From: Octopus vulgaris
Lineage: Eukaryota
Length of the DNA: 64,000 nt
Reading direction: 5' to 3'
Assembly (NCBI GenBank): GCA_951406725.2
Contig: OX597818.1
Coordinates: 17,980,001 to 18,044,000 of the forward strand
The translations under genes and the position numbers were made by a program. Position 1 is the stretch's first letter. Every line of letters begins with the position of its first letter. Under the pieces are notes generated by a model. It searched no databases. It was not told the origin of the DNA and saw only the letters and a program-made list of their open reading frames with translations. Positions 38,902 to 52,544 of this stretch are shown here, piece after piece.

Positions 38902-41900
38902 TATATATATATATATATATATTATATTAAATATATATATTGCAATTAGTGTGTTTTTATGGGCCAATCACTGGTCTTCTGGGGTATATCACATGGGAGT
39001 GTTAGTAAATTGGTGTCGAACAAACACCACATAGGACTTTATTTGATGAACACTTGCATTTTTTTGTGGTTGTTTACTTCCTTCACTGATATATAAAATG
39101 GGAAAATATATGCACATGTATATACACACACATCCTTTTTGCTACGGAAATGGTGAGTTCCAGAAAACATTTTTGTAATGTGGAGTTCTGTTACAAGAAA
39201 CCTGTTTTCACTTTGACTCACATATTAAGTGGAAGTTACTGAACACAGAACACAAAGAGAAATGCATTTCATGCCATAGAACTGCACAATTTTCATAAAT
39301 GCAATGCATCCATGCATAAGGAATGGGTCAGTGTGTGTGTGTATGAATGTGTGCACATGCATAGTTCATTGCATTTGTCCATAAGAATAAGGTTTACAAA
39401 AATGAAATAAAGAACTCAGTACTTCAGGAAAAGCAGTAGTTTTACAAAGTTAAATCTGTTTTGATTCTTAGAGAATTCAAACACAAATTTATAACATTTG
39501 TCTTAGAATTCCAACAGAATTAATTCTGGTCCACCTTGACACTTTATCACCACTATTTTAAATTTTTTCAAGATCCATCATGATCACCACTCTAACTGTC
39601 CCTTCTAAAATGTGAGTAGCTATGTAGCTTCTCTAGAGCATGAAACCTTTCTGCTCTGGCTCCTTCTCTCATATTTAAAACCCTGATATCCTAGCATAAA
39701 GCTACCCCGCAGAGGGTTCATAGTTTTGCAAGCTACATGGAAACCTCTCTTGTGCTGATGGCATGTGGGGAGAAAAAAAAACAACAACCAGTACGTACTG
39801 CCAAGCAGTTGGCATTAGGAAGGGTATCCAGCCATAGAAATCTTGTCAAAGAAGACAGTAGCATACAATGCTGTCCTTGGACACATTAGTTTCTCCGGTC
39901 AAACTGACCAGTATAGAACAGGAATATTAAATGATAATGATGACAGCGTATGTTTGGGTGTGTGTGCAAACATGCATTTGAAAATAGGTTTCCACACAAT
40001 TTATGTCTACAAGATCCACTAATAAGATCTTGGCCAACCAAAGGTTATGGAAGAAGACACTTGCCCTAAGTGCTATGTAGTGGGATTAAACCTGTAACTG
40101 TATGGTTGTGAAGAGAATGTTTCGCCCAAGACAAAGATTGGGATGCGTCTTGATAAAGAAAGCATTTGTATTCCTTTCGGGCATTAGGAAGAGCATCCAA
40201 CCATAGAAACCATGCCAAATCAGACTGGAGTCTGGTACAGCCTTCCAGCTTGCCAGCATGAACAATGAATGTTAAATTATGATGATGAAAGTGGGTTACA
40301 CTCACTGTCTTCTTTCTATAAATTCAATATTGGTTAGACTTTCCAACTTAGAAGATTGTATTGAGAATTTTGTCTTTAGAATCATTTGTAGAGAAGGTGA
40401 GAGAGTGTACTAAAACAATGTTTCTTTGATTGTGGAGTGATTTTGTCTTAGGACTGTTGAAGTACACTAGTTTGCTGTATTCTATTGGAAGACAATTACA
40501 TTGTTTCTTTTCTTAGAAGCACATTGATTCTATTCTTAGAAGCAGAATATATCTGGCCACATTAGTGTAGGTTGTGTATTACTTGTGTGTAGAGATGGCA
40601 TGGTGCAAGAATATGTCTTTGATATATGCTGGGATTATGTCCTTGTTAAAGGAGATAAGGTTGTCATTTTAGATTTTGGTTTTTATGGCAAGCTTCCTAA
40701 GTCCCTGTTTCTGGAAGCAAAGCAGGTCTCATAAAGGTGTCTAGTTTGTTTGTAGATGATATCTATGTGTGTTTAAAGTTGATGAGAAGTGAAGAATGGC
40801 ATAATATGGATTGGAGTACATTGATGTTTCTTAACTCTGAAGGAGTTGCAATAGCAGAAGAAGACATAAAAGGAAGACACAATACCTATGTATGCCAGTG
40901 GTTATTGATGAAAGGAGATTTGCCAATCAGTCAGATGGATTTTGCTTAAGTTGTGGTCTAGAATGTTTATGTTTATGTAGTTACAGTTTCATCAAAGATA
41001 AACAAAGCTGTACACTATCCATGAAAGGTGCTGTTTTATCTTGTATAAGCATAGCAGATATTCAAAGTCAAAGTGGTTTCCTCTTTGAAGAGAAAGCCTG
41101 TTCTTTGAGATGTAGTTTTGTTTATGGGGTCATCATGAGAAACGATTAATCATCAGAGATTGACAAGTTTAACATTTGTAAATTTTGTAAAGGTTTTAGT
41201 TTTGCGCTGTTGAAGAACAGGTAGTCTGAGGTAGCATGTTTTCTTGTTCATGAGAAGGTATATGAAGCAGTAACTGTTAAATGACTTATTCAAGGACACT
41301 GCACCACTGCTAACAACAAAAATATGAAGAGTGACTCAGCTAATAACACCAGTTGAGTCATTTCATTTGCATGTGAGATTTTTTAAAACTATAATTCAGT
41401 TTTAGGTTGTTATAGAAGTTTACTGGAATAAAAAAAAAAAAGGATAAAAAAAAGGAAGAGAATAGGATGGTAGAGAAGAAGATGGAATGGAAAAAACAAA
41501 AAGACTAAAGATGGAAAGAAAGGCAGAAAGAAATGAAAAGGAAGCAAAAAAGGAAATGAGATACAATATGGAGTTTAGAAAAGTTAGAAAAGAAACAGAA
41601 TTTGAAGGAAGACTAGACAGATATAAGCTTGGTTGCAGATTACGTTACTTTTCAGGGATTGCATGCAATTATATTTTTTAATTTGAGCAACGTAAAATGT
41701 TCAGGAGTGTCAATCTATCACTATTCTATTCAATTTGAAAATTTACATTAATATTTTTGGCCAATCAGTAAAATTCATACACATTAAATGGAATTTGCTT
41801 TGTCATATTCTTAAATACTTTGATTGTTATTGTGTTATGAATGCTCAATCTTGGAAAAATAAATCATCGAGAAACTATAATTACAAAAGAATTAAATGAC

Positions 41901-42467
41901 TTGGATACAAAAATACACTGTTGTAGTTCATAAAAGTAATACATAAACTATGAAAAGCGAGTTAGGTGAAATTACACAAACCTACTTTCTGCTGAAATTT
42001 ATGGCATTATTGATCATTTATCACTGTTTTCATCATACAATAGCTGCTACAGCACTACCAATTACTTTACATCTTTTGAAAAAATTGTTCAGGCAATCAT
42101 TATACAAGTCTATTGATATTTTAGAATATTTTTTTCATGAATTCAATAAAAAATTTCAATATTGTTTGATATCAATTTTAAACGCTAAAATATTTTGATA
42201 ATTATAAATAATTAATATATTGTAATGGTATTCACATATGTTACAGAATGATTGTATCCAGGATTAAACATAGACATTCAAGCACTTTTTGGCAAATGCT
42301 TGACTGTAAAGATAGGCTTTACCAGTAATGGTGTATGGCAGGTTTTATTAATAAATTTATAATAGCACTAACATACTGTCATAAAGATAATATGGAGAGG
42401 GGGCTACTGTTTTCAATGTAAACTTTTTTAAACCTGTGAATTGATGTGTATCTAGCTGCTATTTCTA

Positions 42468-42880
42468 ATTTCTTTACTGCCCACAAGAGGCTACACACAG
42501 AGGGGACAAACAAGGACAGACAAATGGATTAAGTTGATTATATTGACCCCAGTGCGTAACTGGTACTTATTTCATCGACCCCGAAAGGATAAAAGGCAAA
42601 GTCGACCTTGGGGGAATTTGAACTCAGAACGTGAAGACAGACGAAATACCTGCTTTTTTACTACCCACAAGTGGCTAAACACAGAGAGGACAAACAAAGA
42701 CAGACAAACAGATTAAGTCGATTATATCGACCCCAGTGTGTAACTGGTACTTATTTAATTGATCTCGAAAAGATGAAAGGCAAAGTCGACCTCAGTGGAA
42801 TTTGAACTAAGAACATAAAGACAGACAAAATACTGTTAAGCTTTTTGCCCGGCGTGCTAACGTTTCTGCCAGCTCGCAGC
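42468..42880 (-). mobile_element. Tandem pair of family-B SINE variants with alternative tail
   Basis: cccacaag.ggcta.acacagag.ggacaaac...gaccccagtg.gtaactggtac...ggcaaagtcgacc...tttgaactc repeated twice. Confidence 0.85.
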
Positions 42881-44026
42881 CTCTGGCTGCTATTTCTAAC
42901 CACAAAGAGGTTCCTTGGTATAATAAAGTGAACTTGGGCATAGTTAGCAGAGCAAAAGTCTAAGCAAAATACTTTTAAATAAATCTTTGTTAGTCTAAGA
43001 CTATACCTATTTATACAATAAGTAATCAAAGTAAAATCAATTTTTTTGTTTAGATTCTGGATACTGGATCCACAATTTTCAAACTAGGATAGAGAAATCA
43101 AATATGATGAATAACATATTGTATAAAGTGTGCCATGATGAAATATAAAGTTATAGAACCAATTTAACAAAGCATGTTTCTTCAGTTAAACATAAAAAAA
43201 GAAATGTAATAATTCATAACAAATATTCAGATCAGGTTTTCCAGTACCACAATAACAAAATTAGAACAACAATTAGCAACATTTGCAGATTGTCATGTAA
43301 GAAGAAATTAGTATCAATTGCACCTGAAGAACAAAATACAGAGCACTTCTTTATTGGGGAAAATTTTCTATGGCAGGATGCCGTTCCTGTTGCCAACCTT
43401 CACTTGCTGCCCAATGGCCAGGAATGTTTACACAGAATACTTGAAAAGAACGACACTGGTTGTATGACAGTGACTCATCTATCATGCAATGTCATGGCAA
43501 GGAGTCATCTACATACATGCATATACATGCCGCCATCACCACCAACAACAACCATCCACTTTACCATATTTGTATGGTTCTGAGAATTTTATGAAGTAGA
43601 TTGTTGCCCAATAGGATTGAAACATAAAAACCATGTGGTTGGGAAGCAATCTTCTTAATCACACAGCCACGCTTGTGCATTTTTATCATATATAAGCATG
43701 AACATAATATATTTAGATACATTTGTGTGTTGCATACCTTTCTTGATATCTAAGGACAACAGATTAATGTCTCACATAGGACTATAAACACAATAGGTAT
43801 AGCAAGGGTTAAATTTGATTTTATAGTTGAATGTCTTCATTTTCATCCCATCACACACGGAAATTGATACTTCAAAGGTATTTAGTCTCTTGATTTGCTT
43901 CGTTAATTCCATTACTAAAATATCTTACTATAGCTGCAATGATGTCACATATTCTCTTTTCAATATTTTTTATAAATAAACATATGCTGTTTAAATAAAT
44001 ATATATATATATATACACACACACGT

Positions 44027-44322
44027 GGAGGCGCAATGGCAGTGGACTCGCAGTCGTAGGATGGCGGTTTCAATTCCCAGTCCGGGCGTTGTGAGTGTTT
44101 ATTGAGCAAAAACACCTAAAGCTCCACGAGGCTCTGGCAGGGGATGGTGGCAATCCCTACTGTATTCTTTCGCCACAACTTTCTCCCACTCTTTCTTCTG
44201 TTGGCCTGCTCGCTTAGCCAGCGGGGTGGCATAATTTGAAGGCTAAAACAATGCGAAGCGCATTGTGACCAGCAATGTGTAGCAACATCTGATAGCCTGG
44301 TCAGTCACGGTGATCACGGTGA
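44027..44322 (+). mobile_element. SINE family E
   Basis: ggaggcgcaatggc...ggtttcaattccc...gtttattgagcaaaaacacctaaagctccacgagg...tcacggtgat tail. Confidence 0.85.
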
Positions 44323-44334
44323 TATACACACACA

Positions 44335-45569
44335 CAGAGGGTGCAATGTGTAAATTGTTGCTGTTTTATAATTTCAATTTTGTGCATTGTTTGTTTTTGA
44401 TTTTGTTGACTACAGTATAGTAAGGTCAATCGGGCACCATCTGTGAGAAAAACAGTACCATGATGCGATTCACTCTGCTAGAAATTTGGAAACAACATGC
44501 TGTACTGCTTGGCATTCATGCTGGAAGCTCCAATATAAGTGTTTCAGAATGTTCAGGTGTCAATTTGAGGACAGTACAGAGAATTCAGAAAGATTTGGAT
44601 GAGTCTAATGGCGATTACGAAAGCACAGCAACTTTGAAAACTCATTCTAATCGTTCTAATAAGAAACGAACTCCTGAATTTGTTGATGAGATCCAGACCA
44701 TAAATGACAACAATTCCTCCAAGTCAATCAGGTCCATCGCCAGGGACATGGGGATGTCTGAGTTTCTTATCAGGCAGGTAGTGCATGAAGACATTTGGTA
44801 TTCCTCATACAAAATGAAGAAAGGACCAATTTTTATCCCAAGCCATCAAGGACAAGAGGAAAGACCACACTACTTAGCTTTTGAACAAACTAAAGCATCC
44901 CCTCCAACTGGACATGCTTTGGTTTTTCTCAGACGAGAAAAATCTCTGCCAGGATCAGATGCTGAACACACAGAACTGTTAGCTTGCCGTATCCCCAAAA
45001 CATGTACCGAGAGTGATAAAAATCAAACATCCAGCCAACATCATGGTTTTTGGAGAGATCACTAGTGATGACGATGTTATGCCTCCATTCATCTTTCTAC
45101 ACAGCCCAAGACTCAATATGGAAGCCTACATCAAGTGCCTGGAGGAGGTGGTGCTGGAAGACTGTCTGGCAACAAGACTCAATCAGGAAAACCCAGTCAT
45201 GGCTGTCAGACAACTTCTGTGACCACTCCACCCGACTCCTAACATCTGGCCACCAACTTGCCAAACTGCAACCCCCTTGATTGTTATGTGTGGGGAGCAA
45301 CAGACCAACAAAATTCCTTGTAACACCAAAGATGAACTGAAGGCAAAGATTATGGCAGCATTCACCAACTTAAACATGGAGACTGTCCAGAAAAGTTGCA
45401 GGAGATTCCGAAGTAGTCTAGAGACCATGCTTGAAGCTAATGGCGATTTTATTGAATAAATTTACTCTTTAGTATTTCAAGATATTTTTATGTAATTTTG
45501 GTAACTATATCTGTCAATGATATTTTCATTTTTGCATAATTCAGACGACAATTTATTCACCATACCCTG
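44335..45569 (+). mobile_element. Decayed Tc1/mariner DNA transposon (maT/DD37D-like)
   Basis: Imperfect TIRs cag(a)gggtg....taaattgttg / cgacaatttattcaccataccctg, inserted in TA/CA microsatellite. Confidence 0.85.
44460..45459 (+). pseudogene. Tc1/mariner transposase, frameshifted
   Basis: HTH segments VNLRTVQRI and SIRSIARDMG; then FFSDEKN, HPANIMVFG, NIWPP..PNCNPLD..VWG and C-terminal FRSSLETMLEANGDFIE across several frames. The middle catalytic D region appears deleted. Confidence 0.88.
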
Positions 45570-45579
45570 TGTGTGTATA

Positions 45580-45625
<46 letters not shown>

Positions 45626-46190
45626 TATATATATATAGGGGGATAACAGGTAAAAATTTGAGAAGTTAGTTAAATCAGCAGTACAGAATAAAATAGATCT
45701 TATTGTATATACAGCTGAGCTGTACATATAAGATTAGTTGAGGATAGTTGATAAAAGATGCAAGCTCATGCATATTAAAACTACTGAAGCCATAAAATAA
45801 AAATAAATGAACAGATAGTCATAGTTACACAACATGCTTCTTTAGTTTCTGTCTATCAAATCCATTCACAATGCTTTGGTCAAGCCTGGGTATATAGTAG
45901 AAAACATTTGCCCAAGGTGCTACATAGTGGGAATGATCATTTGGAATCAGGTGGTTTGGAAGCAAGATTTTCAACCACGCAGTTACTCTTGTGGCTGTGT
46001 GTGATGTATGTATTTTTAGCCAAATGTAGGTCAGCATATTTAAGTAATGAACCAAAAATGATTTTTAACTTAAAATTACCCTGCTGCTTAATGTTAAAGA
46101 TAGTTAAGGGAGGCATGTAAAATACAAATTTGAATGAGTTTGGGAGGAGCAGGGAGGGCGTGCCTGATCACTGATAGCCATGGTGACAAC

Positions 46191-46228
46191 TCGGAACATG
46201 TTTCAGTCTTATTGGACCTCTTCAGCGA
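46191..46228 (-). ncRNA. Candidate minimal type-I hammerhead ribozyme
   Basis: Minus strand tcg-CTGAAGA-ggtc caataa gact-GAAA-catgt-tc-cga: stem I tcg/cga, stem II ggtc/gact, palindromic aacatgtt stem III. Confidence 0.5.
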
Positions 46229-47667
46229 AGCATGGTTCACTCAAGGGCTGCCAAGACTGACAGAACTATAACTGTTTTACATGATGAATATTCACTGATT
46301 AGGAAAATTAAAATTTAAATGATATGGAAAATTTCCTCAGGGCAATTTCTGCAGCAATAATATACAGCTGAGTGCATGCTGGCCATTTGAGGTGGTAATT
46401 TTTCGATTAATCAAAATTACAGAAAAATGTTATTAGTATTAATGAAAATTTGGCTTGATTGATTTGACTTGAATGATTGATTAGATTAAATTGATTGATA
46501 GATTAGATTATACAGGTTAGATAGACTGATAGAGATTGTGTATGAGCGTGTGTGTGCGTCAGAGAGAGAGGGGGAGGGGGGAAGAAGAGACAAAGAGATG
46601 AAGGATGATAAGCAGGAAAAAAAAGGATAATGAGAATAGACTGAATGAGACAAGCAGAATAGACGAGAGAGAGAGAGAGAGAGAGAGAATAAAGACATTG
46701 AATAAAGAAAAAGCATTAAGGAAAAGGGGTTTGAAAGAAAGTATTGAGAGGTAGCAAAGATAAAAGGGAGAAAATATAGAGAGACAGAGAGAGAAGCAAA
46801 GAAGAGTAAAACATTTGTGGGTATCAGTATTAAGAGATTACTGAAATGATCACCACAGTAGGGAGGGAGAAGGAGAGAAAGAAGATGAAGTAGTGAGAGA
46901 GTAAGGGAGTAGATTGAGAGTGTGAGTTAGCAGGAAAGGAGAGACAGGAAGAGGAGTTGAAATTACCCTACATCTATCAAGTTTATAAATACTGCAGTTA
47001 AACCTTTATAATCCTTAGCTATCATAATGATAGTGGTGGTGGTGGTGGTGGCAGTGATGGCAATGAAGTGGACGAAGATTTTGAAAGCAAACCTTGGAAA
47101 GCTAGATCTTAATCTGGGAGTGCAGTGCAGTGCAGAAAGCTTGCTCATTTGGTTTAGCAAGAATTATACAGAAAGTTCTTGACACAAAGCAAGAACAATA
47201 TGAACAGCAGAAATGCATTTTAGAGGAGAAAGGACCAAACACCAAAAAAAAAAAAAAAAAAAAAAAACCCCACCAACTCATCCTCAGACCTCAAGCTGTG
47301 ACTTGACAGAAAACATTCCCTATTTGACAATATATCAGATGCACTTTTTTTTACAAAAATAATGTCTAAAAAATCCCTCCTGCTTCCTGTGAGGTGATGA
47401 TGATGGTGGTGGTGGTGGTGGTAGTGATCATCGTCGTCGCTGTTTGACTGGAGCTGATGAGGCAGAAGATTGCACCATACTTCTGTGTCTATTTTGACAT
47501 GACTTTTATGGGTGGATGAACTTCCTAACACCAACCACCCCGCAGAATGGGCCAAGTGCTTTTTATGTGACACCAGCACAGGCAAGGTCAATTTTAGCAT
47601 TATATGCTTTAATGTACTAATAACTTTTTACTTGAATATGGGCTAGTCCACCTTACTCTGTAAGGAG

Positions 47668-47888
47668 CAATGGGCCAGTTTCCTGATTTCTATGACATAT
47701 ACATTCCTTCTTGGACAGGATGTCGGTCTGTTTCAGGATTACTCTTTTTTTACCAGCTGAGTGGACTGGAGCAACATGAAATAAGGTGTTTTGCTCAAGA
47801 ACACAACATATTGCCTGGTCCAAGAATCAAAACCATGATCTTACGATCATGAGTTCAACACCCTAACCACTAAGCCATGTGCCCCCAC
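47668..47888 (-). mobile_element. SINE family C
   Basis: ccagctgagtggactggagcaacatgaaataaggtgttttgctcaagaacacaac...accctaaccactaagccatg. Confidence 0.8.
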
Positions 47889-48116
47889 TTCTTTTTTCCG
47901 TGGATATACACTTCTGTAATTAGGATGTGTATAATATGCCCATGTGTCTTTTTTGCCATCAAGTAAGTAATTAACATCATTATCATCATTTAAGGTCTGT
48001 TTTCCATGCTGGCATGGGTTGAACAGTCCAACATGAAATAGAGTGCCTTACTCAAGAACACAACACACAGTCCGGTCCAGGAGTTGAATTCATTCATCAA
48101 TGAATGTACCAAATAA

Positions 48117-48310
48117 TGGTTTCAAATTTTCAAGGAAGGCATAAGTTGATTCCATCAACCCCAGTGCTCCACTGGTACTTATTTTATCGACCCTGAAAGG
48201 ATGAAGGGCAGAGTTAACCTCGGTTAGATTTGAACTCAGAACGTAAAGACAAATGAAATATTGTTAAGCATTATGCCCAGCATGCTAACGATTCTTCCAG
48301 TTTGCCATCT
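48117..48310 (-). mobile_element. SINE family B
   Basis: actggtacttattttatcgaccctgaaaggatgaag...tttgaactcagaacgtaaagac. Confidence 0.75.
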
Positions 48311-48591
48311 TTAGTGTACAAAATGGTCCCTTCCTTCAGTTATCTGAGATGTCAACTTGTAAAGGAAGGCTACAGTTGATGAAATTAACAACTCCTATGA
48401 TATATAACTGGTACTTATCTATCAGTCACATGATACTTTGTCAAGGTGATGTAATGAAAACTAGACCCCATAACAAAGCTAGTCAGTGAGCTCCTTGATC
48501 ACTCAAAATTGTAGAAATAGCAATAAAATCACCTTCAAATTGCACCCTACCATTTTGAAATTAGGACTCATTAAATAATGTTGTCCTAGAG

Positions 48592-48792
48592 CAGTGGTTT
48601 TAAACCAGGGTTCCGCCAGTACAGTCCAGGGGTTCCGCAAGAAGATACAAAACTGCTAAAATCGGCAGTAAGTTTTAATTCTCCTGTGCAGATATGTGTG
48701 CATAAGACTATTAAATTATTGCGCAGGGGTTCCTCGAGCCAGTGGAATGTTTCCTTAGGGTTCTGCTCCAGCAAAAAGTTTGAAAAGCACTG
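48592..48792. mobile_element. hAT (Charlie-like) MITE, 201 bp
   Basis: TIRs cagtggttttaaac / gtttgaaaagcactg; perfect 8-bp TSD tcctagag (48584-48591, 48793-48800). Confidence 0.92.
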
Positions 48793-49410
48793 TCCTAGAG
48801 GATACTATTTGATAAAAAGTAAAATGGCCATGGCTGGAACATCTTTGTTTCACAGATCAAAACTTGGGGCTGAATAGCAACATAAAGTAGATACTACCAA
48901 ACAACTTATGATAGTTATTTTAGATATAAACATGTATTAAAAGAAATGCCTTTATCTAATTGAGGTACTTTCCAAATTAATACCAGGTTTATTCTAAAGT
49001 TGATTTAGAAATAACTTGAAGACAAATACCTTTTAGATTTTAGTTGTTTTAGTCATTTGACTGTGACCATTTGGGACATAACTTTGAAGGGTTTATAGTT
49101 TGTATTTTTGTTTTTAAAGCCTAGTACTTACACTGTCACTCTCTTTTGTTGAACTGCTAAGTTATGGGGACATAAATAAACACATACACCCAAAGACATG
49201 CATAGATAGACAGACAGATACACATACACATGTGTACATATACGCATATACACACACATTGAACACTGGGGTCACTGTAATTGACTTACTGCATCCCCTG
49301 AAGTTGCTGGCCTTGTGCCAAAACTTGAAACCATTATTCCCAAATCAAAAGGCTATCTCTAATTCTTGCCTTGTTTACTAGTAAATGGAGAAATCTTCTT
49401 TTTACACATC

Positions 49411-49768
49411 TTTGAGGATGGAAAGTATGATACATTATTTACATTTGACGGATATTTGTCCTCATCTTGTTTGTTGTTAACACAACGTTTCGGCTGATAT
49501 ACCCTCCAGCCTTCATCAGGTGTCTAGGGGAAATTTCGAACCTGGGTTCTCATTCCTAAGGTATTTTTCAATGTTATTATTATTATTATTATTATTATTC
49601 AGGTCACTGCCTGGAATCGAAATCGGAATCTTGGGGTTAGTAGCTCTTAGCCATTACACAATATGCCCGTGGGCATATGGCGTAGTGGTTAAGAGCACAG
49701 GCTACAAACAAGATGAGGACAAATATCCACCAAATGTAAATAACGTACATAATACCTCATCTCTTAAA
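49411..49768. mobile_element. Palindromic element: tRNA-like head + (AAT)n + hammerhead, arms back-to-back (right arm internally deleted)
   Basis: Symmetry centre atatgccc-gt-gggcatat (49661-49678). Outer arms acatttgacggatatttgtcctcatcttgtttg / caaacaagatgaggacaaatatccaccaaatgt. A box tggcgtagtgg on the + arm; B-box-like gatttcgattcc on the - arm. Confidence 0.8.
49479..49524 (-). ncRNA. Minimal type-I hammerhead ribozyme (Penelope-type)
   Basis: Minus strand gacac-CTGATGA-a-ggctg gagggtatat cagcc-GAAA-c-GTT/gtgtt: intact core, 5-bp stem II, stem I gacac/gtgtt, palindromic aacgtt stem III. Confidence 0.7.
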
Positions 49769-50363
49769 TATAGAACTGAGCTAAGTATGATATTTACAGA
49801 ACGTCTGCTGAAGTATAACTGATACCAAGACAAGACACAAAACCATGATGGGAGATGCTGACTTGCATATAGCATGTGAGGATCTCCCCTTTAGTGTGCA
49901 GATGGTTACCCTGGTAAATGATGTTAACTCGTTAGTTGTAAGACATATCTGTATATCTAGGGAAAGTCAGTCTGATCCTAAGAGACTACCATCCTTCACT
50001 TCCTCCTCTTCCAAGCCATACTCTAGGGGCTGGCTTTAAACACTAACAGATGGAAACTGACAGAAACAATTAATATTTCATAATTACAGTTCAATCCAAT
50101 CTCATTCAACACCACAATCATCATTCCTTTCTGCTATTCCCCTAAGTCAAGTGTACCATATTTGATAGTATATAAAATTTTTTTTCTAAAACTGTTTCAA
50201 AAATCATCTCAGGTCCTTCATGAAAAGTTGGGTCTCCAATGTTCTATACTTTGGTGACAGGAAGAGCTCTGGTAGTAAACTATCAGCCTCAATGAATTTT
50301 ATCTGATCCATTACAAGCATGGAAACATGGACATTAAAATGGTAGTGGAAGCAGCAGACGTAC

Positions 50364-50979
50364 GTGAGTGAGTGAGTGAGTGAGTGAGGAGTGAGGAGTG
50401 AGTGAGTGAGTGAGTGAGTGAGTGAGTGAGTGAGTGAGGAGTGAGTGAGTGAGTGAGTGAGTGAGTGAGTGGTGGTGGTGGTGGTGGTGGTGGTGGTGGT
50501 GGTGGTGGTGGTGGTGGTGAGTGAGTGGTGGTGGTGGTGGTGGTGGTGGTGGTGGTGGTGGTGGTGGTGGTGGTGGTGGTGAGTGAGTGAGTGAGTGAGG
50601 AGTGAGTGAGTGAGTGAGGAGTGAGTGAGGAGTGAGTGAGGAGTGAGTGAGTGAGTGAGTGAGTGAGTGAGGAGTGAGTGAGTGAGGAGTGAGTGAGTGA
50701 GGAGTGAGTGAGTGAGTGAGGAGTGAGTGAGTGAGTGAGTGAGTGAGTGAGTGAGGAGTGAGTGAGTGAGTGAGTGAGTGAGTGAGTGAGTGAGTGAGTG
50801 AGTGAGTGAGTGAGTGAGTGAGTGAGTGAGTGAGTGAGTGAGTGAGTGAGTGAGTGAGTGAGTGAGGAGTGAGTGAGTGAGTGAGTGAGTGAGTGAGTGA
50901 GTGAGTGAGTGAGTGAGTGAGTGAGTGGTGAGAGTGAGTGAGTGAGTGAGTGAGTGAGTGAGTGAGTGAGTGAGTGAGT

Positions 50980-51022
<43 letters not shown>
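50364..51022. repeat. Compound microsatellite (GAGT)n-(GGT)n-(GAGT)n-(GA)n
   Basis: Direct reading; explains the THSL/poly-P/poly-H ORFs at 50311-51132. Confidence 0.98.
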
Positions 51023-51026
<4 letters not shown>

Positions 51027-51184
51027 GTTCATCAAGAAAAATAGAACCACTATTTAATGCACAAAATCCCTTGTTTTGCATCAACTGAGACACTTCCTCA
51101 TCACTCTTGCCATCAGGAAAACAATGAACCAAAGAATTTCCTGTTGGAAACCCTTAACCAATGATGCTATTCTTATATCTTTTT

Positions 51185-51552
51185 ACCTTTTACTTGCTTC
51201 AGTCATAACACTGTGGCCATGCTGAAGCACCACCATTAAAGATTTTTAATCGAATGAATCACTCCTAGTACTTATTTATTTTTTAAAGCCAGGTACTTAT
51301 TCTGTTGGTGTCTTTTGCCAAATTAAGATATGAGACATAAATGCACCAACACCAGTTGTCAAGTAGTGGAAGTGGGATGAACAAAGACACAGATATATGG
51401 GCTTCTTTCGGTTTCTGTCTACCAAATCCACTAATAAGGCTTTAGTCAGCCTGAGATTACTATAGAAGGTACTAACTCAAGGTGCCACACAGTGGGACTG
51501 AACCTGGAACCATATGGTTGGGAAGCAAGCTTCTTACCACACAGCCACACCT
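51185..51552 (-). mobile_element. SINE family A
   Basis: ttttacttgcttcagtca...aaggtgccacacagtgggactgaacctggaacc...cttaccacacagccacac. Confidence 0.8.
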
Positions 51553-52544
51553 CCTATTCACAAATGGAATATAAAAATAAAACAAATTGATAATCTGGGA
51601 TAGTCATGGCTGGAACACTTTTGACCATATGGATCAAGGTTTGGCTTAGGGCTAAACGTCAGCAACTATAAATGATACATTGCAAGCTTTCACTCTCAAG
51701 CAGTGGTTAACCTTAAAGTGTCTCTTCTAAAGGGATTCCATGATGCGTTTCCTCAGCAGTTACACAAGAGGCGTGACAGGTATCTATGTGCCATGCCTAT
51801 TGCTTTCTGACATATAAGTTAGTACAGTATATAGTGTAAACATTCAAACATTATCACTGTCTTTCTAAATCCTGCTGCATTTCACATGGCACTTTCAGTC
51901 CTGCAAACTGTCTTGGTGTATAAGTCAACTTACATTGTTTTGGCTTATAAGTTATGGTTTTAAAACTGTAACTTATATGCCAGAAAATATATTTGCATAA
52001 GGATGTGGTGGTGGTGGCAAAGATAAGGAAGAAGAGGTGTAGAAATTTTAAGCAAGCTGGTGTAAGGAAAATGTTTAAATGAAAAAGTTGTATTTGAAAT
52101 ATCATTATCGTTTTTTGCTTTTATACAATGTTGATTCTATAACCAGCAAGTGGTTGGCATTAGGAGGGGCATCCAGCCATCGAAACTATGCCAAAACAGC
52201 CATGGAACCTTGGCAGCTTTTCAGTTGACCAACTCCTGTTAAACTGTTCAGATAACTGAAGCAAGGGATCATTTCGTACACTAAAGAGGGCAAACTGGCA
52301 GAACTGTTAGCACGTTGGGCATTTTCAGTCTTCCATAGTGTCTTGGTGTATAAGTCAACTTACATTGTTGTTTTTCCCTTGGATAATATCGGTGGTGTGG
52401 AGAGGGAGGCTGGTATGTATGGTCGACTGCTGGTCTTCCATAAACTACCTTGCCTGGACTTGTGTCTTAGAGGGTAACTTTCTAAGTGCAATCCCATGGT
52501 CATTCATGACTGAAAGGGGTCTTTAATGATGAATGAATCTTAGA

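Noticed and set aside
40320-41290. Highly decayed Penelope-like RT/GIY-YIG coding remnant on the minus strand
   Set aside because: Only vague motif echoes; cannot be supported without an alignment.
50311-51132. 273-aa and 238-aa ORFs with THSL, poly-P, poly-T and poly-H
   Set aside because: Stop-free readings of (ACTC)n/(ACC)n microsatellite; no coding signal.
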